The notes below the pieces were generated by a model. The model did no database searches and was not told where the DNA came from. It saw nothing but the letters and a program-made list of their open reading frames with translations. Below, piece by piece: positions 36,682-45,527 of a stretch of DNA of 64,000 bases. The position numbers and the translations under genes were made by a program. Where the stretch lies: positions 62,001 through 126,000 of IMG/VR virus record IMGVR_UViG_3300042484_002457. The stretch is one strand, 5' to 3'. Positions within the stretch are counted from its first letter, which is position 1; the number at the start of each line of letters is the position of its first letter.

Positions 36682-37896
36682 ATGTCAACATCGGTACAAA
36701 GTTACGCAACTCGCGTCAACGCAAAATACTCAAATACAGCCAGTCATTACCAGGACCTAAAAACTCGATGGAATGCTACGCTTTCTCTTTACAATCCAAA
36801 TACTGTCAATACCATTAACTCTTCGTTGAAGCGGCAGATTGCAGGCTGGATCAAACTTCATCCCAAAGTTAAAACATTCAAGGACATGCCCTTGTGCCGA
36901 GCACAGACATGCCGCCTAAGTGACATTTTGATTGACGAAACAATGCAACGTCAACTCAACATCTCCTGGGTGCTCGAAATCATTGAGGACTGGCGTGCCT
37001 GGCAAGCAATGCCTGTGCAAGTGTACACTGTTGGTGCCAATGCAAGTCCGGAGTTGGCATATCTTGGTGAAGATAAACTGTATGCAAGCTGGGATGGTCA
37101 ACATACTGCCATGGCATTTTACATAATCGCTGTGTTTATTCTAGGTCTTGATCCCAAAGACGTTGAAATTCCTGTGGTGATCTATGACGTAAGCACCAAA
37201 GCAGAAATCCGCAACAACTTTATTGAAAGCAACAGCGAAAGCGGCAAAAAGCTACTGGACAAGATTGACATTTTCCAGCAAATGGTTTATGGCGTTCGTG
37301 TTGACGGTGCAACATATCCTGATTGGTTAGAGGTGGAGAAAAAACAACAGTACCTTGAAGCCGCTGACTTGTTCCTTACTGACGAAAAGTTTGGCGATGC
37401 AACACAAGTTGGTGCGATCAGTCGAGTTGAAGACATTGTGACTCGCAAGGTGAGTCCAGAAATTGTGCGCCAATTCTGTGTGTATGCAAAAACTGTGTTG
37501 GGCTTTACACCACGTGCTATTAACACCAAGGAAGCACCTATCATTCTGGGTTTCTTGAAGATGGCCAGTGTTGATGACGTGCAATATAGCGATGCAGAAA
37601 TTGAGAGCTTGGCTATGCTGTGCAATCAATTGTTTAGCGCAGACTTTGATGCTAGAGGTCCTTACTGGGCTCAGGTTGAAACTGCATACTTAAACTGGTG
37701 GGAGTCATTCTATGACGGCGTCGACGAAAGCGTTCGACCTGAACGCCCACGTATGAACAAGGACTGGACGCAAGGTGGTACGTTTTTCTGGCACCTGCTG
37801 AAAAAGAACTGGAAGGACGAGGCTGGTATGCCAATGGCAATGCCCCGTTTAAACATTCAAACACCATTCATCCCTAACCGTAAGGACTTGTTCTAA
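36682..37896 (+). CDS. ParB/Srx-fold DGQH-motif protein
   Basis: ID..MQR.L...WDGQHT; AAGGA RBS; promoter near 36568-36595. Confidence 0.6.
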   Translation: MSTSVQSYATRVNAKYSNTASHYQDLKTRWNATLSLYNPNTVNTINSSLKRQIAGWIKLHPKVKTFKDMPLCRAQTCRLSDILIDETMQRQLNISWVLEIIEDWRAWQAMPVQVYTVGANASPELAYLGEDKLYASWDGQHTAMAFYIIAVFILGLDPKDVEIPVVIYDVSTKAEIRNNFIESNSESGKKLLDKIDIFQQMVYGVRVDGATYPDWLEVEKKQQYLEAADLFLTDEKFGDATQVGAISRVEDIVTRKVSPEIVRQFCVYAKTVLGFTPRAINTKEAPIILGFLKMASVDDVQYSDAEIESLAMLCNQLFSADFDARGPYWAQVETAYLNWWESFYDGVDESVRPERPRMNKDWTQGGTFFWHLLKKNWKDEAGMPMAMPRLNIQTPFIPNRKDLF

Positions 37897-37897
37897 A

Positions 37898-38455
37898 ATG
37901 GACTTGAATCTACTTGAATCAAATGTCAAGGGATTCGTACACCCCGACTACGGTCGGGTTGTGCGAGATGGTCAAGCCTACGTGGCAACTGAAAAGTTTG
38001 TACGCCGTGGTTTGAAAATTTGCTTGGCACTGTATCGTAAACTTGAACGTCTGGATCAAACAGCTCGTTTGCTACGTGATGCAATTGACTTCTTGCTACG
38101 CCGATATCATGGTTATGCAATCAAAGAACGCATCAAAGCACACTATCGTGATGCTGGTCTCAAGCCTACAGACAAGACTGACTTTGAACATGTGATCCCG
38201 GCTGCACTGTTGGCAGCATTGTTGATCCAAGGCAAAATCTCAGTAGAGCTGGCAATGAATCCACCAACATGCTTGCTGAAGAAAAAGCATCATGCTTTGC
38301 TCAAGAAGCAAGGGCTTGGTAACAAGACCCCGGATGTGTGGAATTTTTGGAAACGATATGAGATGCTGGGTATCAAGTTGGAAACACACACTGGCGACGA
38401 AGTGGACGTGACTACTTGGAATCTGGGCACACACGTAACTTACTTCAAGGTCTAA
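37898..38455 (+). CDS. Hypothetical protein with EHxxP (HNH-like) motif
   Basis: DFEHVIP...CLLKKKHH; starts 1 nt after the previous stop. Confidence 0.5.
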   Translation: MDLNLLESNVKGFVHPDYGRVVRDGQAYVATEKFVRRGLKICLALYRKLERLDQTARLLRDAIDFLLRRYHGYAIKERIKAHYRDAGLKPTDKTDFEHVIPAALLAALLIQGKISVELAMNPPTCLLKKKHHALLKKQGLGNKTPDVWNFWKRYEMLGIKLETHTGDEVDVTTWNLGTHVTYFKV

Positions 38456-38456
38456 T

Positions 38457-38678
38457 ATGAGCCAACTTGAACTGCATGGACGTCCCTGGACAGTGTTTGA
38501 TCCTGCCAATCAACAACACAGGGCTTGGTATCACGATTTTGTAAAAACTGGCACCTGGGGGCGGTGCCCAGTGCGGTTCGTAGTACCCGAAGATCATGGC
38601 AACTTGGTTACCATGATCCAACGCAACCTAGTGGCATACTATGTCACACAAGAATTTAAACGAACACGGAGAAAATAA
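38457..38678 (+). CDS. Hypothetical protein
   Basis: FDP.N.QHR.W...F.KT..WG.CP.RF. Confidence 0.7.
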   Translation: MSQLELHGRPWTVFDPANQQHRAWYHDFVKTGTWGRCPVRFVVPEDHGNLVTMIQRNLVAYYVTQEFKRTRRK

Positions 38679-39100
38679 TGTTAATGTTTGCATACGGTAT
38701 GAACACCAATCCCAAAGAGATGGCTCGACGTTGTCCGCAGGCTCGGAGCCTGGGTCATGCTCGACTTGTAAACCACAGCTTCCGGTTTGCGCAATATGCA
38801 GATGTGGAACCACAGTCGGGCAGTTTTGTAGAAGGGGTGTTGTGGGAGATCACTGAAGAATGCCTTCGTGCTCTGGACCAGTTAGAAGGTTACCCTGTTT
38901 ATTACAATCGTGTGGTGAGTTCTGTGGTGCATGAATCTAGAACCTATCATGCTCTAGTGTACCGCATGCAGCCAGGGCGCCGGGACTATGGGCCTACTCG
39001 TGACTACTATCGTTTGGTCACAGAAGGCTATCAAGCACATCGTGTGCCCACTGACCAGCTGGAAAATAGTGTAAACTATAGTACTACAAATTTTGGTTGA
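38678..39100 (+). CDS. Gamma-glutamylcyclotransferase (AIG2-like)
   Basis: FAYG.N, V.GVLWEI, LD.LEG.P..Y.R. Confidence 0.85.
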   Translation: MLMFAYGMNTNPKEMARRCPQARSLGHARLVNHSFRFAQYADVEPQSGSFVEGVLWEITEECLRALDQLEGYPVYYNRVVSSVVHESRTYHALVYRMQPGRRDYGPTRDYYRLVTEGYQAHRVPTDQLENSVNYSTTNFG

Positions 39101-39152
39101 CCAAAAACTCCCAATTTGCTATAATATACACATATACAGCAACAAACAGGAG
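39071..39152 (+). promoter_or_regulatory. Cassette with degenerate palindrome + promoter + RBS
   Basis: Right arm AGTACTAC; TTGACC 39097; TATAAT 39120. Confidence 0.85.
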
Positions 39153-39158
39153 TAAATT

Positions 39159-39608
39159 ATGGGAACCAGAAGTCGAGTGGGAATCATGCATGGTGACAAG
39201 TGCAAATCAATTTACATTCAGTGGGATGGTTATCTTGACGGCGTTGGCAAGATACTGCTTGAACACTATGACAGTGCCAAGGCCAATCACTTGGTGGCCC
39301 TAGGCGATGTGTCGAGCCTGCGTCAAAACGTTGAGATTCCCGAAGGTGTTGAGCACACATTTGATCAGGCTGCTGACGGCATCACTATTTTCTACGGTCG
39401 CGATCATAAGGAAAATGGTTGCGAGTTTTCAGTGGATCACACATTCAAAGACTTCATGACACGTGTGGGCGACAGCGGTGCCGAATACTACTACATCATG
39501 CGAGATGGTGTGTGGTATGTGGGCTCTGTATATGACGTTAATGGTTTGGTAGCCGGTGATCTTGTGTGTTTGAGCAAAGCACTGGTCTGGGAGGCAATTG
39601 CGCAATGA
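39159..39608 (+). CDS. Phage hypothetical protein
   Basis: MGTRSR.GI...SIY..WDGY..GVG..LL.HY. Confidence 0.75.
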   Translation: MGTRSRVGIMHGDKCKSIYIQWDGYLDGVGKILLEHYDSAKANHLVALGDVSSLRQNVEIPEGVEHTFDQAADGITIFYGRDHKENGCEFSVDHTFKDFMTRVGDSGAEYYYIMRDGVWYVGSVYDVNGLVAGDLVCLSKALVWEAIAQ

Positions 39609-39997
39609 GCGGATATCAAACAATTTTGCGTATTCGACGCATTGAAGAAACTGTCGCCAAACTTGGATTCATGTTGGCCAATTCCCGGCATGGATGGGAC
39701 AACAGCAACCCTGACATGGTGGCCCTCAAGCCCCGTGACGATGATGCAGTGCCGGGCTACAGCCGAGATGCTGAAGTGTTTCGTGGTACCTTGGAAGAAC
39801 TGGAAGTTTGGTTGCGTGGTGTGGAGTGGGCACGAAGCTACGACCGTGTGCTTCGAATCAGCGACGACAAAAAGAGAGCCAAGTACGAGGATCGAGAGCG
39901 CCTGAGAATTGCAGAAATGCGCAAACGAGAAGAACAGAAAATGCTACTGGCTGTGCTAAAGGCGCCCGATCACGAAAACAGCCGGGTAAAAAAGTAA
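39605..39997 (+). CDS. Hypothetical protein
   Basis: ATGA-coupled; stop lies inside the palindrome. Confidence 0.7.
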   Translation: MSGYQTILRIRRIEETVAKLGFMLANSRHGWDNSNPDMVALKPRDDDAVPGYSRDAEVFRGTLEELEVWLRGVEWARSYDRVLRISDDKKRAKYEDRERLRIAEMRKREEQKMLLAVLKAPDHENSRVKK

Positions 39998-40076
39998 TAC
40001 TTTATAGTACTACTTTTCTGGTTGACTCAAAATGCCCAATTTGTTATAATATACACATAGCAAAGCAAAACAGGAG
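39994..40076 (+). promoter_or_regulatory. Palindrome + promoter + RBS cassette
   Basis: GTAATACTTTATAGTACTAC; TTGACT 40022; TATAAT 40045; near-identical to the 26129 copy. Confidence 0.9.
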
Positions 40077-40082
40077 CCAGAG

Positions 40083-40307
40083 ATGACCAAGCAATTCGTA
40101 CAAGTTAGTGCCAGCAAAGACAGTAACAATTTCATGCACTGTAGCAACCTGAGCCTGATGGCATATGATGGCATGACTGCCGATCAAGCCCTGTGTGAAT
40201 TGCTGGACATGGCTGATGAGTACACCTTGAAAGGTTACACCATCCAGTGGACTTTTCAAGATTTTGACGCAATCGATGAAGAAATGTACGGCGAATTATT
40301 TGCCTAA
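40083..40307 (+). CDS. Hypothetical protein
   Basis: Cassette RBS. Confidence 0.7.
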   Translation: MTKQFVQVSASKDSNNFMHCSNLSLMAYDGMTADQALCELLDMADEYTLKGYTIQWTFQDFDAIDEEMYGELFA

Positions 40308-40313
40308 GTTTAG

Positions 40314-40368
40314 TTGACCAAAATTTCCCAATTTGTTATAATATACACATAGCAAAGCAAAACAGGAG
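40314..40368 (+). promoter_or_regulatory. Cassette promoter + RBS without palindrome
   Basis: TTGACC-17-TATAAT-atacacatagcaaagcaaaacaggag. Confidence 0.88.
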
Positions 40369-40373
40369 TTGAT

Positions 40374-40580
40374 ATGGGTTTCGAAACAGTGGTGTTGGAC
40401 AAGGTTGCAACAGTTCTTAAATCGGACAACCTTGCTGGATTTTATTGTGGTACGCTGAGTGTGGTCTGCACGGCTGCAGAAGCCAACCGAATTGCAAAAA
40501 AGCTCTCCAAAGAATTAGACACAAAAATCCAGATCAGCCCCGACGGCTCTTATGGTTACTTGTTTGATTTTGTGGCCTAA
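40374..40580 (+). CDS. Hypothetical protein
   Basis: Cassette RBS. Confidence 0.7.
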   Translation: MGFETVVLDKVATVLKSDNLAGFYCGTLSVVCTAAEANRIAKKLSKELDTKIQISPDGSYGYLFDFVA

Positions 40581-40586
40581 GGAACT

Positions 40587-40844
40587 GTGATGAACATCGA
40601 AATTGAATACGACCTGTCCGGCAACGCGGCACCCGACTATGGCATGTACTCTGACATTGGCAATGCCGCGGTGCATGCCATTGTATTGGCTGCCCAATCT
40701 AACAAGATGACATGGGTCCAAACATTGCGAGCTCTGCGAGCTCTGGCAGAACAAGAACAGTTTGGCGAAGCCATGGACACCATGGTGCGTGAAATGGTGT
40801 ACAGTGCCCTGGGCATCAAAGACGAGTCGTTTTACGTGTTGTAA
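40587..40844 (+). CDS. Hypothetical protein
   Basis: YGMYSD.GN.AV...EA.DT.VRE; stop lies inside the palindrome. Confidence 0.7.
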   Translation: MMNIEIEYDLSGNAAPDYGMYSDIGNAAVHAIVLAAQSNKMTWVQTLRALRALAEQEQFGEAMDTMVREMVYSALGIKDESFYVL

Positions 40845-40921
40845 TACTTGAGTATTACTTTTTTTTGGTTGACCAGAATTTCCCAATTTGCTATAATAGA
40901 AGTATAGTAAGAAACAAGGAG
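40841..40921 (+). promoter_or_regulatory. Palindrome + promoter + RBS cassette
   Basis: GTAATACTTGAGTATTAC; TTGACC 40869; TATAAT 40892. Confidence 0.9.
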
Positions 40922-40927
40922 TTAAAG

Positions 40928-41710
40928 ATGTCAGGTTTTGTTGATGTGTCGGGTATGAGTTATCAAGATGTCAAGCGCATGAGTCAGCAAGATGATGTAG
41001 ATTATCAACCTCGTCATCCCATTGGATCTGCTCCTGCTCGTCGCAACACTGTGCTTCAAACTGGCCATAGCGTCAGCGATGTGTGGGCCGCAGCCTGTGC
41101 CGCTCAACGTGTGAATGGTGGTTACTACAAAGAATCCACCTACCTGTGGGACGAAAGTACTCATGTCAACAAACTTGACAAGCGCCGCAACCGCGACATC
41201 ATGATGGAGTTCCTGTACAACCCCGACCGACTCTTGGTTGAGGACGTTGAAGCAGGTGAACAGGCACATGACTTTCTGCAAAACGATCTTACCTTCCGTG
41301 CGCTCAAAGGCAAGCTCACTGAGTTTGACAGTGCCACCAGCAAGTGCCTGGCAGTGACAGATCAGTTTTACACTGTGCAACACCGCTACGAACTGGCTGT
41401 GGTTGCGGCTCTGCCTGCCAGCGCGGCTCGTAGTCAAGCACAACAAAATCAAGTTGAACGAGTGCGGTTTTCCAAAGGCGGCCTTATTGCTCAGCCCGGC
41501 GACAAAGTGTCGGCTCAAGTAGAAGTGCTGACTTCAGTTTACAGCAAGAATTACGGTGTGTACTGGATCAAGGGCATCACTGATCAAGACCAGCCAGTGT
41601 TCTTTAGTGCCAAAAAAGCACACAACACTGGCACTTGGCTCAGTGTAACAGGCACCGTTAAAGCACATCGCGATGATGTCACTCAACTCACTCGCGTCAA
41701 GGTGTTGTGA
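40928..41710 (+). CDS. Hypothetical protein with C-terminal OB-fold-like domain
   Basis: ...VTGTVKAH...TQLTRVK. Confidence 0.65.
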   Translation: MSGFVDVSGMSYQDVKRMSQQDDVDYQPRHPIGSAPARRNTVLQTGHSVSDVWAAACAAQRVNGGYYKESTYLWDESTHVNKLDKRRNRDIMMEFLYNPDRLLVEDVEAGEQAHDFLQNDLTFRALKGKLTEFDSATSKCLAVTDQFYTVQHRYELAVVAALPASAARSQAQQNQVERVRFSKGGLIAQPGDKVSAQVEVLTSVYSKNYGVYWIKGITDQDQPVFFSAKKAHNTGTWLSVTGTVKAHRDDVTQLTRVKVL

Positions 41711-41838
41711 TGTTCAAACTTTTGATTGGTATTGTTATTGGTGTGGTGGTGGCAACTATTGGTTTTAGCGGCATTGCTCAACTGCTGGACCGAGGAGTCC
41801 AAACCATCCAGGAACAAAGCAAAGAATTGGCCCGCTAA
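41710..41838 (+). CDS. 42-aa single-TM protein (not in ORF track)
   Basis: MFKLLIGIVIGVVVATIGFSGIAQLLD...; TGATG overlap. Confidence 0.55.
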   Translation: MFKLLIGIVIGVVVATIGFSGIAQLLDRGVQTIQEQSKELAR

Positions 41839-41965
41839 ATTGGGCAAACTGAGTCCAAATTGTATCAAGAAACGGTTGACCAATCAGCTGTTTTTTGCTA
41901 TAATTAGACATGCTGCAAACACAGCATATTTTTAAATCTGTAAGGCAACTTTGAAAGGCAACTTT

Positions 41966-42325
41966 ATGACAAACGAAAAGACTTTTACCGTGGCTGGTAC
42001 TGCCAAGAACCCCAACGGTACTGTCAAGGCCCGTTTTGCTAACGACTTGGTGGCTCGCATCAAGATTCTCAACAAAGCAGGATGCACTGACATCAACTTG
42101 GCTGAACTGCCCCGCGCAATGACCAAACTGGAATGTCTCCAGTATCTCACCGAGCAAGGTATTACTGAAGGCGATGCTGGATTTGTTGTGGCAAACAAGC
42201 TGGCAGAAAAAGCCAAGGTGGCCAAGAAAGGCGAAGTCAAGGTGCAAGCCAGTACTGGCGCCAAGGCCAAGAGCACCAAAAAGGACGTTACTGCTGAACA
42301 ACTGATTGCCGAAGCCAAGGCCTAA
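41966..42325 (+). CDS. Hypothetical Lys/Ala-rich protein
   Basis: Own promoter (41876-41904) and terminator. Confidence 0.75.
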   Translation: MTNEKTFTVAGTAKNPNGTVKARFANDLVARIKILNKAGCTDINLAELPRAMTKLECLQYLTEQGITEGDAGFVVANKLAEKAKVAKKGEVKVQASTGAKAKSTKKDVTAEQLIAEAKA

Positions 42326-42343
42326 GCAACTGTTTGACAGCAC

Positions 42344-42370
42344 AATGCGGCCTTTGGGCCGCATTTCTTT
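42344..42370 (+). terminator. Intrinsic terminator
   Basis: aatgcggcc-tttg-ggccgcatt followed by tcttt. Confidence 0.75.
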
Positions 42371-42426
42371 GTGTTTTGGAAACAAAGAGATAATTACTGG
42401 ATGCGGGCCAAACACAACAACCAATA

Positions 42427-42675
42427 ATGACTATAGCATCTTACCGTGCGGTAGAACCACTGTACATTGTAACCTTACGCAACTCCACTCAAGCCGAAGC
42501 ACTGTTAAAAAACTGGATACGAGAACATCGTGTCGAGCATGCATCGGTGTCAGGCAATCGAATGATGTTGCATGACCAAAGAGGTTTTGAACAATTTAGG
42601 TTGACTTGGTCTCACAGCATCACCGGTATCACTATCTGGGATACCTGGGTCAAACGGCACATATATCTAGATTAA
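42427..42675 (+). CDS. Hypothetical protein, F.L.W family-like
   Basis: LHDQRGFEQFRLTWS. Confidence 0.6.
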   Translation: MTIASYRAVEPLYIVTLRNSTQAEALLKNWIREHRVEHASVSGNRMMLHDQRGFEQFRLTWSHSITGITIWDTWVKRHIYLD

Positions 42676-42755
42676 CTAGAGTGCCAAAAAAACAAAAAAA
42701 TCGTTGACAATGCTATCACAGCATTGTATAATTGTTCTACATACAAGGAGTTACT

Positions 42756-42941
42756 ATGACACAACACGAACAACTGGTTTCCGCTTACGAAACTTACATT
42801 GCCGAAAACGAAAAATTCACCACCAAGGGCGTCAAGGCTTCAGCAGCCCGGGCTCGCAAGGCGCTACAAGAGATGAGCAAATGCATCAAAGAACGCCGCA
42901 AAGAAATCACTGCTGAGAAAGAAGCCTTGGCAGCAAAATGA
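42756..42941 (+). CDS. Hc1-like histone-like protein
   Basis: EKF..KG.KASA.RARKAL.E...IKE.RK; TTGACA-17-TATAAT and AAGGAG upstream. Confidence 0.7.
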   Translation: MTQHEQLVSAYETYIAENEKFTTKGVKASAARARKALQEMSKCIKERRKEITAEKEALAAK

Positions 42942-43132
42942 ATGTAGAAACTATGCATCTAAAGCAAGGATATTGGCCGGAAACGCTAACGCCCGAACTT
43001 AGACAACAACTTTTGCTGGACAAAATAGCTCGAGTTCAGCAGGCGGCCGAACAGCGCAAAAAGTATCCGAATTCAATTCGTGACGAGCTAAACATTGTCT
43101 GTTGCAATGAGCAAGAATGCGAACACCATTAA
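42938..43132 (+). CDS. Hypothetical protein
   Basis: ATGA-coupled. Confidence 0.45.
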   Translation: MNVETMHLKQGYWPETLTPELRQQLLLDKIARVQQAAEQRKKYPNSIRDELNIVCCNEQECEHH

Positions 43133-43565
43133 CATCTATTCTGACAACGATGTGATATCTGACACTGGTGAAAGCCTTTACATCAGTACTGGTGCTACTG
43201 GTGCTATTGGCGCTGCCGACTCAAATGCTTATTCATGGAATGCCAACAGTTCTATAGATTGGAACAATATCACTATTGGATCTTCCAATATTGCTGGCAC
43301 CAATGGTACCATGATTCGTCCGTCTGGACGTTTGGAACTTCAAGGTGAAGATGCTGACATAAAAATCAATGGTCGAAGTTTGATGGATGCTATTGATGCC
43401 CTTGAGCAGCGCCTTAACATTCTAGTACCTAATCCTGAGCTGGAAGCAGAATGGGATGAATTACGAGAGCTGGGCGAACGTTATAGAGCGTTGGAAAAAC
43501 AATGTACCGAGAAAGGCAACATGTGGAAAAAACTAAAGTCAATGCCACCACCAACCAAACCATGA
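43107..43565 (+). CDS. Hypothetical protein
   Basis: Low-complexity N-terminus, coiled-coil C-terminus. Confidence 0.7.
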   Translation: MSKNANTINIYSDNDVISDTGESLYISTGATGAIGAADSNAYSWNANSSIDWNNITIGSSNIAGTNGTMIRPSGRLELQGEDADIKINGRSLMDAIDALEQRLNILVPNPELEAEWDELRELGERYRALEKQCTEKGNMWKKLKSMPPPTKP

Positions 43566-44386
43566 AACCAAAACAACGTATCAATCACATTGTAAAGTGG
43601 TTGAAGCAGTATGCCAAGAGTGCCAAAATTGACACTTTTGTAGTGGGCATTTCTGGTGGGATCGACAGCTCAGTTGTGAGTGCCTTGTGTGCTCAAACTG
43701 GCTTAAAAACCATTGTGGTGCAGATGCCTATTCGTCAAAACAAACAGTTGGATAATCGCAGTAGCTTGCATGCAGGCTGGTTGTTGGAACGTTTCCCCCA
43801 AACAGTTACTCACATGAGCATGGATCTAACTCCAGTGTTCTCTGCGTTTGAAAAGAAGGTTGATCCTTTTTGCAGGATTGACGATGACACCTATGACACG
43901 TACAAATTGGCCAGTGCCAACTCTCGCAGTCGCCTGCGCATGATGACGCTGTATCAAATTGCACAATGTCATGGTGCCTTGGTTGTAGGAACCGGCAACC
44001 GGGTAGAAGACTTTGGTGTGGGCTTTTTTACCAAGTACGGCGATGGCGGAGTTGACCTCAGCCCCATTGGCGACTGTCTCAAAACACAAGTATGGGACAT
44101 GGGTCGCGAACTTGGTGTAGCACCAGAGATCATTGATGCTGCTCCTACTGATGGACTTTGGGCAGATGGTCGTACAGATGAAGATCAGATTGGCATGACT
44201 TACCCTGATCTAGAACGCATGATGGCCTTGGACTTCTTAAAACGTGCCAAGGCAGTGGACTCTGACATGCCCGGTAGCTCCAAGTTGTCAGCAGACGATC
44301 GCAAAAAGCTAACACGTTATCAAGAGCTTCGTGCTAGAAACATGCACAAAATGCAACCAATCCCGGTTTGCAAGTTTGACCAATAA
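43562..44386 (+). CDS. nadE: NH3-dependent NAD+ synthetase
   Basis: GISGGIDS, N.RSR.RM, GTGN, FFTKYGDGG, PT.GLW...DE. Confidence 0.93.
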   Translation: MKPKQRINHIVKWLKQYAKSAKIDTFVVGISGGIDSSVVSALCAQTGLKTIVVQMPIRQNKQLDNRSSLHAGWLLERFPQTVTHMSMDLTPVFSAFEKKVDPFCRIDDDTYDTYKLASANSRSRLRMMTLYQIAQCHGALVVGTGNRVEDFGVGFFTKYGDGGVDLSPIGDCLKTQVWDMGRELGVAPEIIDAAPTDGLWADGRTDEDQIGMTYPDLERMMALDFLKRAKAVDSDMPGSSKLSADDRKKLTRYQELRARNMHKMQPIPVCKFDQ

Positions 44387-44498
44387 GTCAAACTGTGCTA
44401 TAATGATATTGTGGGATAACTACCCACTTATTGGCCAAAACGTACCATTTTGTGGGGCTATGCTTCACAATATGGTACCACTTACTAAGTAACAGCCT

Positions 44499-45068
44499 AT
44501 GAACGCAAATGTAACCTCAACAACTTTGCAAGTTGCAACCTGGAGCTCACGCCTACTAAAAGTCTTTGGACTATGGGTAGTGTTGGCTGCTGTGTTTGTG
44601 ACCAGTACTGCAAAACTCGACTACCTACGACAAGCAAACAACAACATGTCTGACAATTATGTGTCAGCAGCTCAAAGAACCAAAGAGCTAGAATGTTTGA
44701 CACGCAACATTTACTGGGAGGCGGCCAGTGAGCCGTTTGAAGGCAAAGTTGGTGTGGCGCAGGTTACCCTGAATCGAATGGAGTCTGGAAAATTTCCCAA
44801 TTCTGTTTGCGGGGTAGTGTACCAGAAAAACGTATTCTACGAAAAAGTAGTTTGTCAGTTTAGCTGGTACTGCGAAGGCAACCATACCACTCGTGCAATC
44901 CACAAACCCTTGTGGAATGAGTCAGAGATTGTGGCCAAAAAAGTGTTGTTGGAAGGATTTAGATTGCCTGGTCTAGAAGATGCACTTTTTTACCACGCAA
45001 CATACATATCGCCGGGCTGGAAGCGAGAAAAGATCCAAACTATTGGACAACACATTTTTTACAGATAG
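44499..45068 (+). CDS. Cell-wall hydrolase, SleB/Hydrolase_2 family
   Basis: CL..NIYWEA..E...G...VAQVT.NR, CQFSW, IGQHIFY; N-terminal TM helix. Confidence 0.9.
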   Translation: MNANVTSTTLQVATWSSRLLKVFGLWVVLAAVFVTSTAKLDYLRQANNNMSDNYVSAAQRTKELECLTRNIYWEAASEPFEGKVGVAQVTLNRMESGKFPNSVCGVVYQKNVFYEKVVCQFSWYCEGNHTTRAIHKPLWNESEIVAKKVLLEGFRLPGLEDALFYHATYISPGWKREKIQTIGQHIFYR

Positions 45069-45078
45069 TCCTACTTAC

Positions 45079-45099
45079 GGAAATCAGATTCTGATTTCC
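45079..45099. repeat. 21-bp perfect palindrome GGAAATCAGA-T-TCTGATTTCC
   Basis: Read directly; intergenic. Confidence 0.85.
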
Positions 45100-45169
45100 T
45101 CCGTTTTACATCTTCAGAATCTTTGCGTCGATACCCTGCTTCAGATAACTTTTTTTACGGAGACCGCTC

Positions 45170-45478
45170 ATGAACATCAACAACATTGTACCCACAGTTC
45201 GAAACTTTTTTGCTGAACACTTTGGAAAAATCTCAGCAGAGACCCTGGGCTGGTTGGCAGTGATTGTGATCCACGCTGCCACCATTCCCACCTTGTTGGC
45301 CTTGATGTCTGGACTCAGCGACCGTGCCCCACAGCTGGACATGGTATTGTTTATGTGGGCAGGCCTGGTCTTGATGTTTTTACGTGCCGTGGTGCTGAAA
45401 GACATGCTGAACATCATCACAATTGGTCTGGGCTTTATTGTGCAAGCCGTGCTCATGGCCTTGCTACTGTTTCGGTAA
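45170..45478 (+). CDS. 3-TM membrane protein, SemiSWEET/PQ-loop-like
   Basis: LGWLA...IP; three hydrophobic helices. Confidence 0.45.
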   Translation: MNINNIVPTVRNFFAEHFGKISAETLGWLAVIVIHAATIPTLLALMSGLSDRAPQLDMVLFMWAGLVLMFLRAVVLKDMLNIITIGLGFIVQAVLMALLLFR

Positions 45479-45521
45479 TACTCTAGTAGTACTTGACCAA
45501 TAATCCTGGATATGCTATAAT
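45475..45521 (+). promoter_or_regulatory. Degenerate palindrome + sigma70 promoter
   Basis: GTAATACTCTAGTAGTAC (contains the upstream TAA); TTGACC 45493; TATAAT 45516. Confidence 0.8.
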
Positions 45522-45527
45522 ATACAC

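Noticed and set aside
15344-40921. Cassettes as true integron attC sites or IS ends
   Set aside because: No RYYYAAC/GTTRRRY cores, integrase, transposase or target-site duplications were seen; the comparison is an analogy only.
41942-41965. Tandem aaggcaacttt repeat before ORF 41966
   Set aside because: Two short copies around the RBS; likely a local duplication with no other support.
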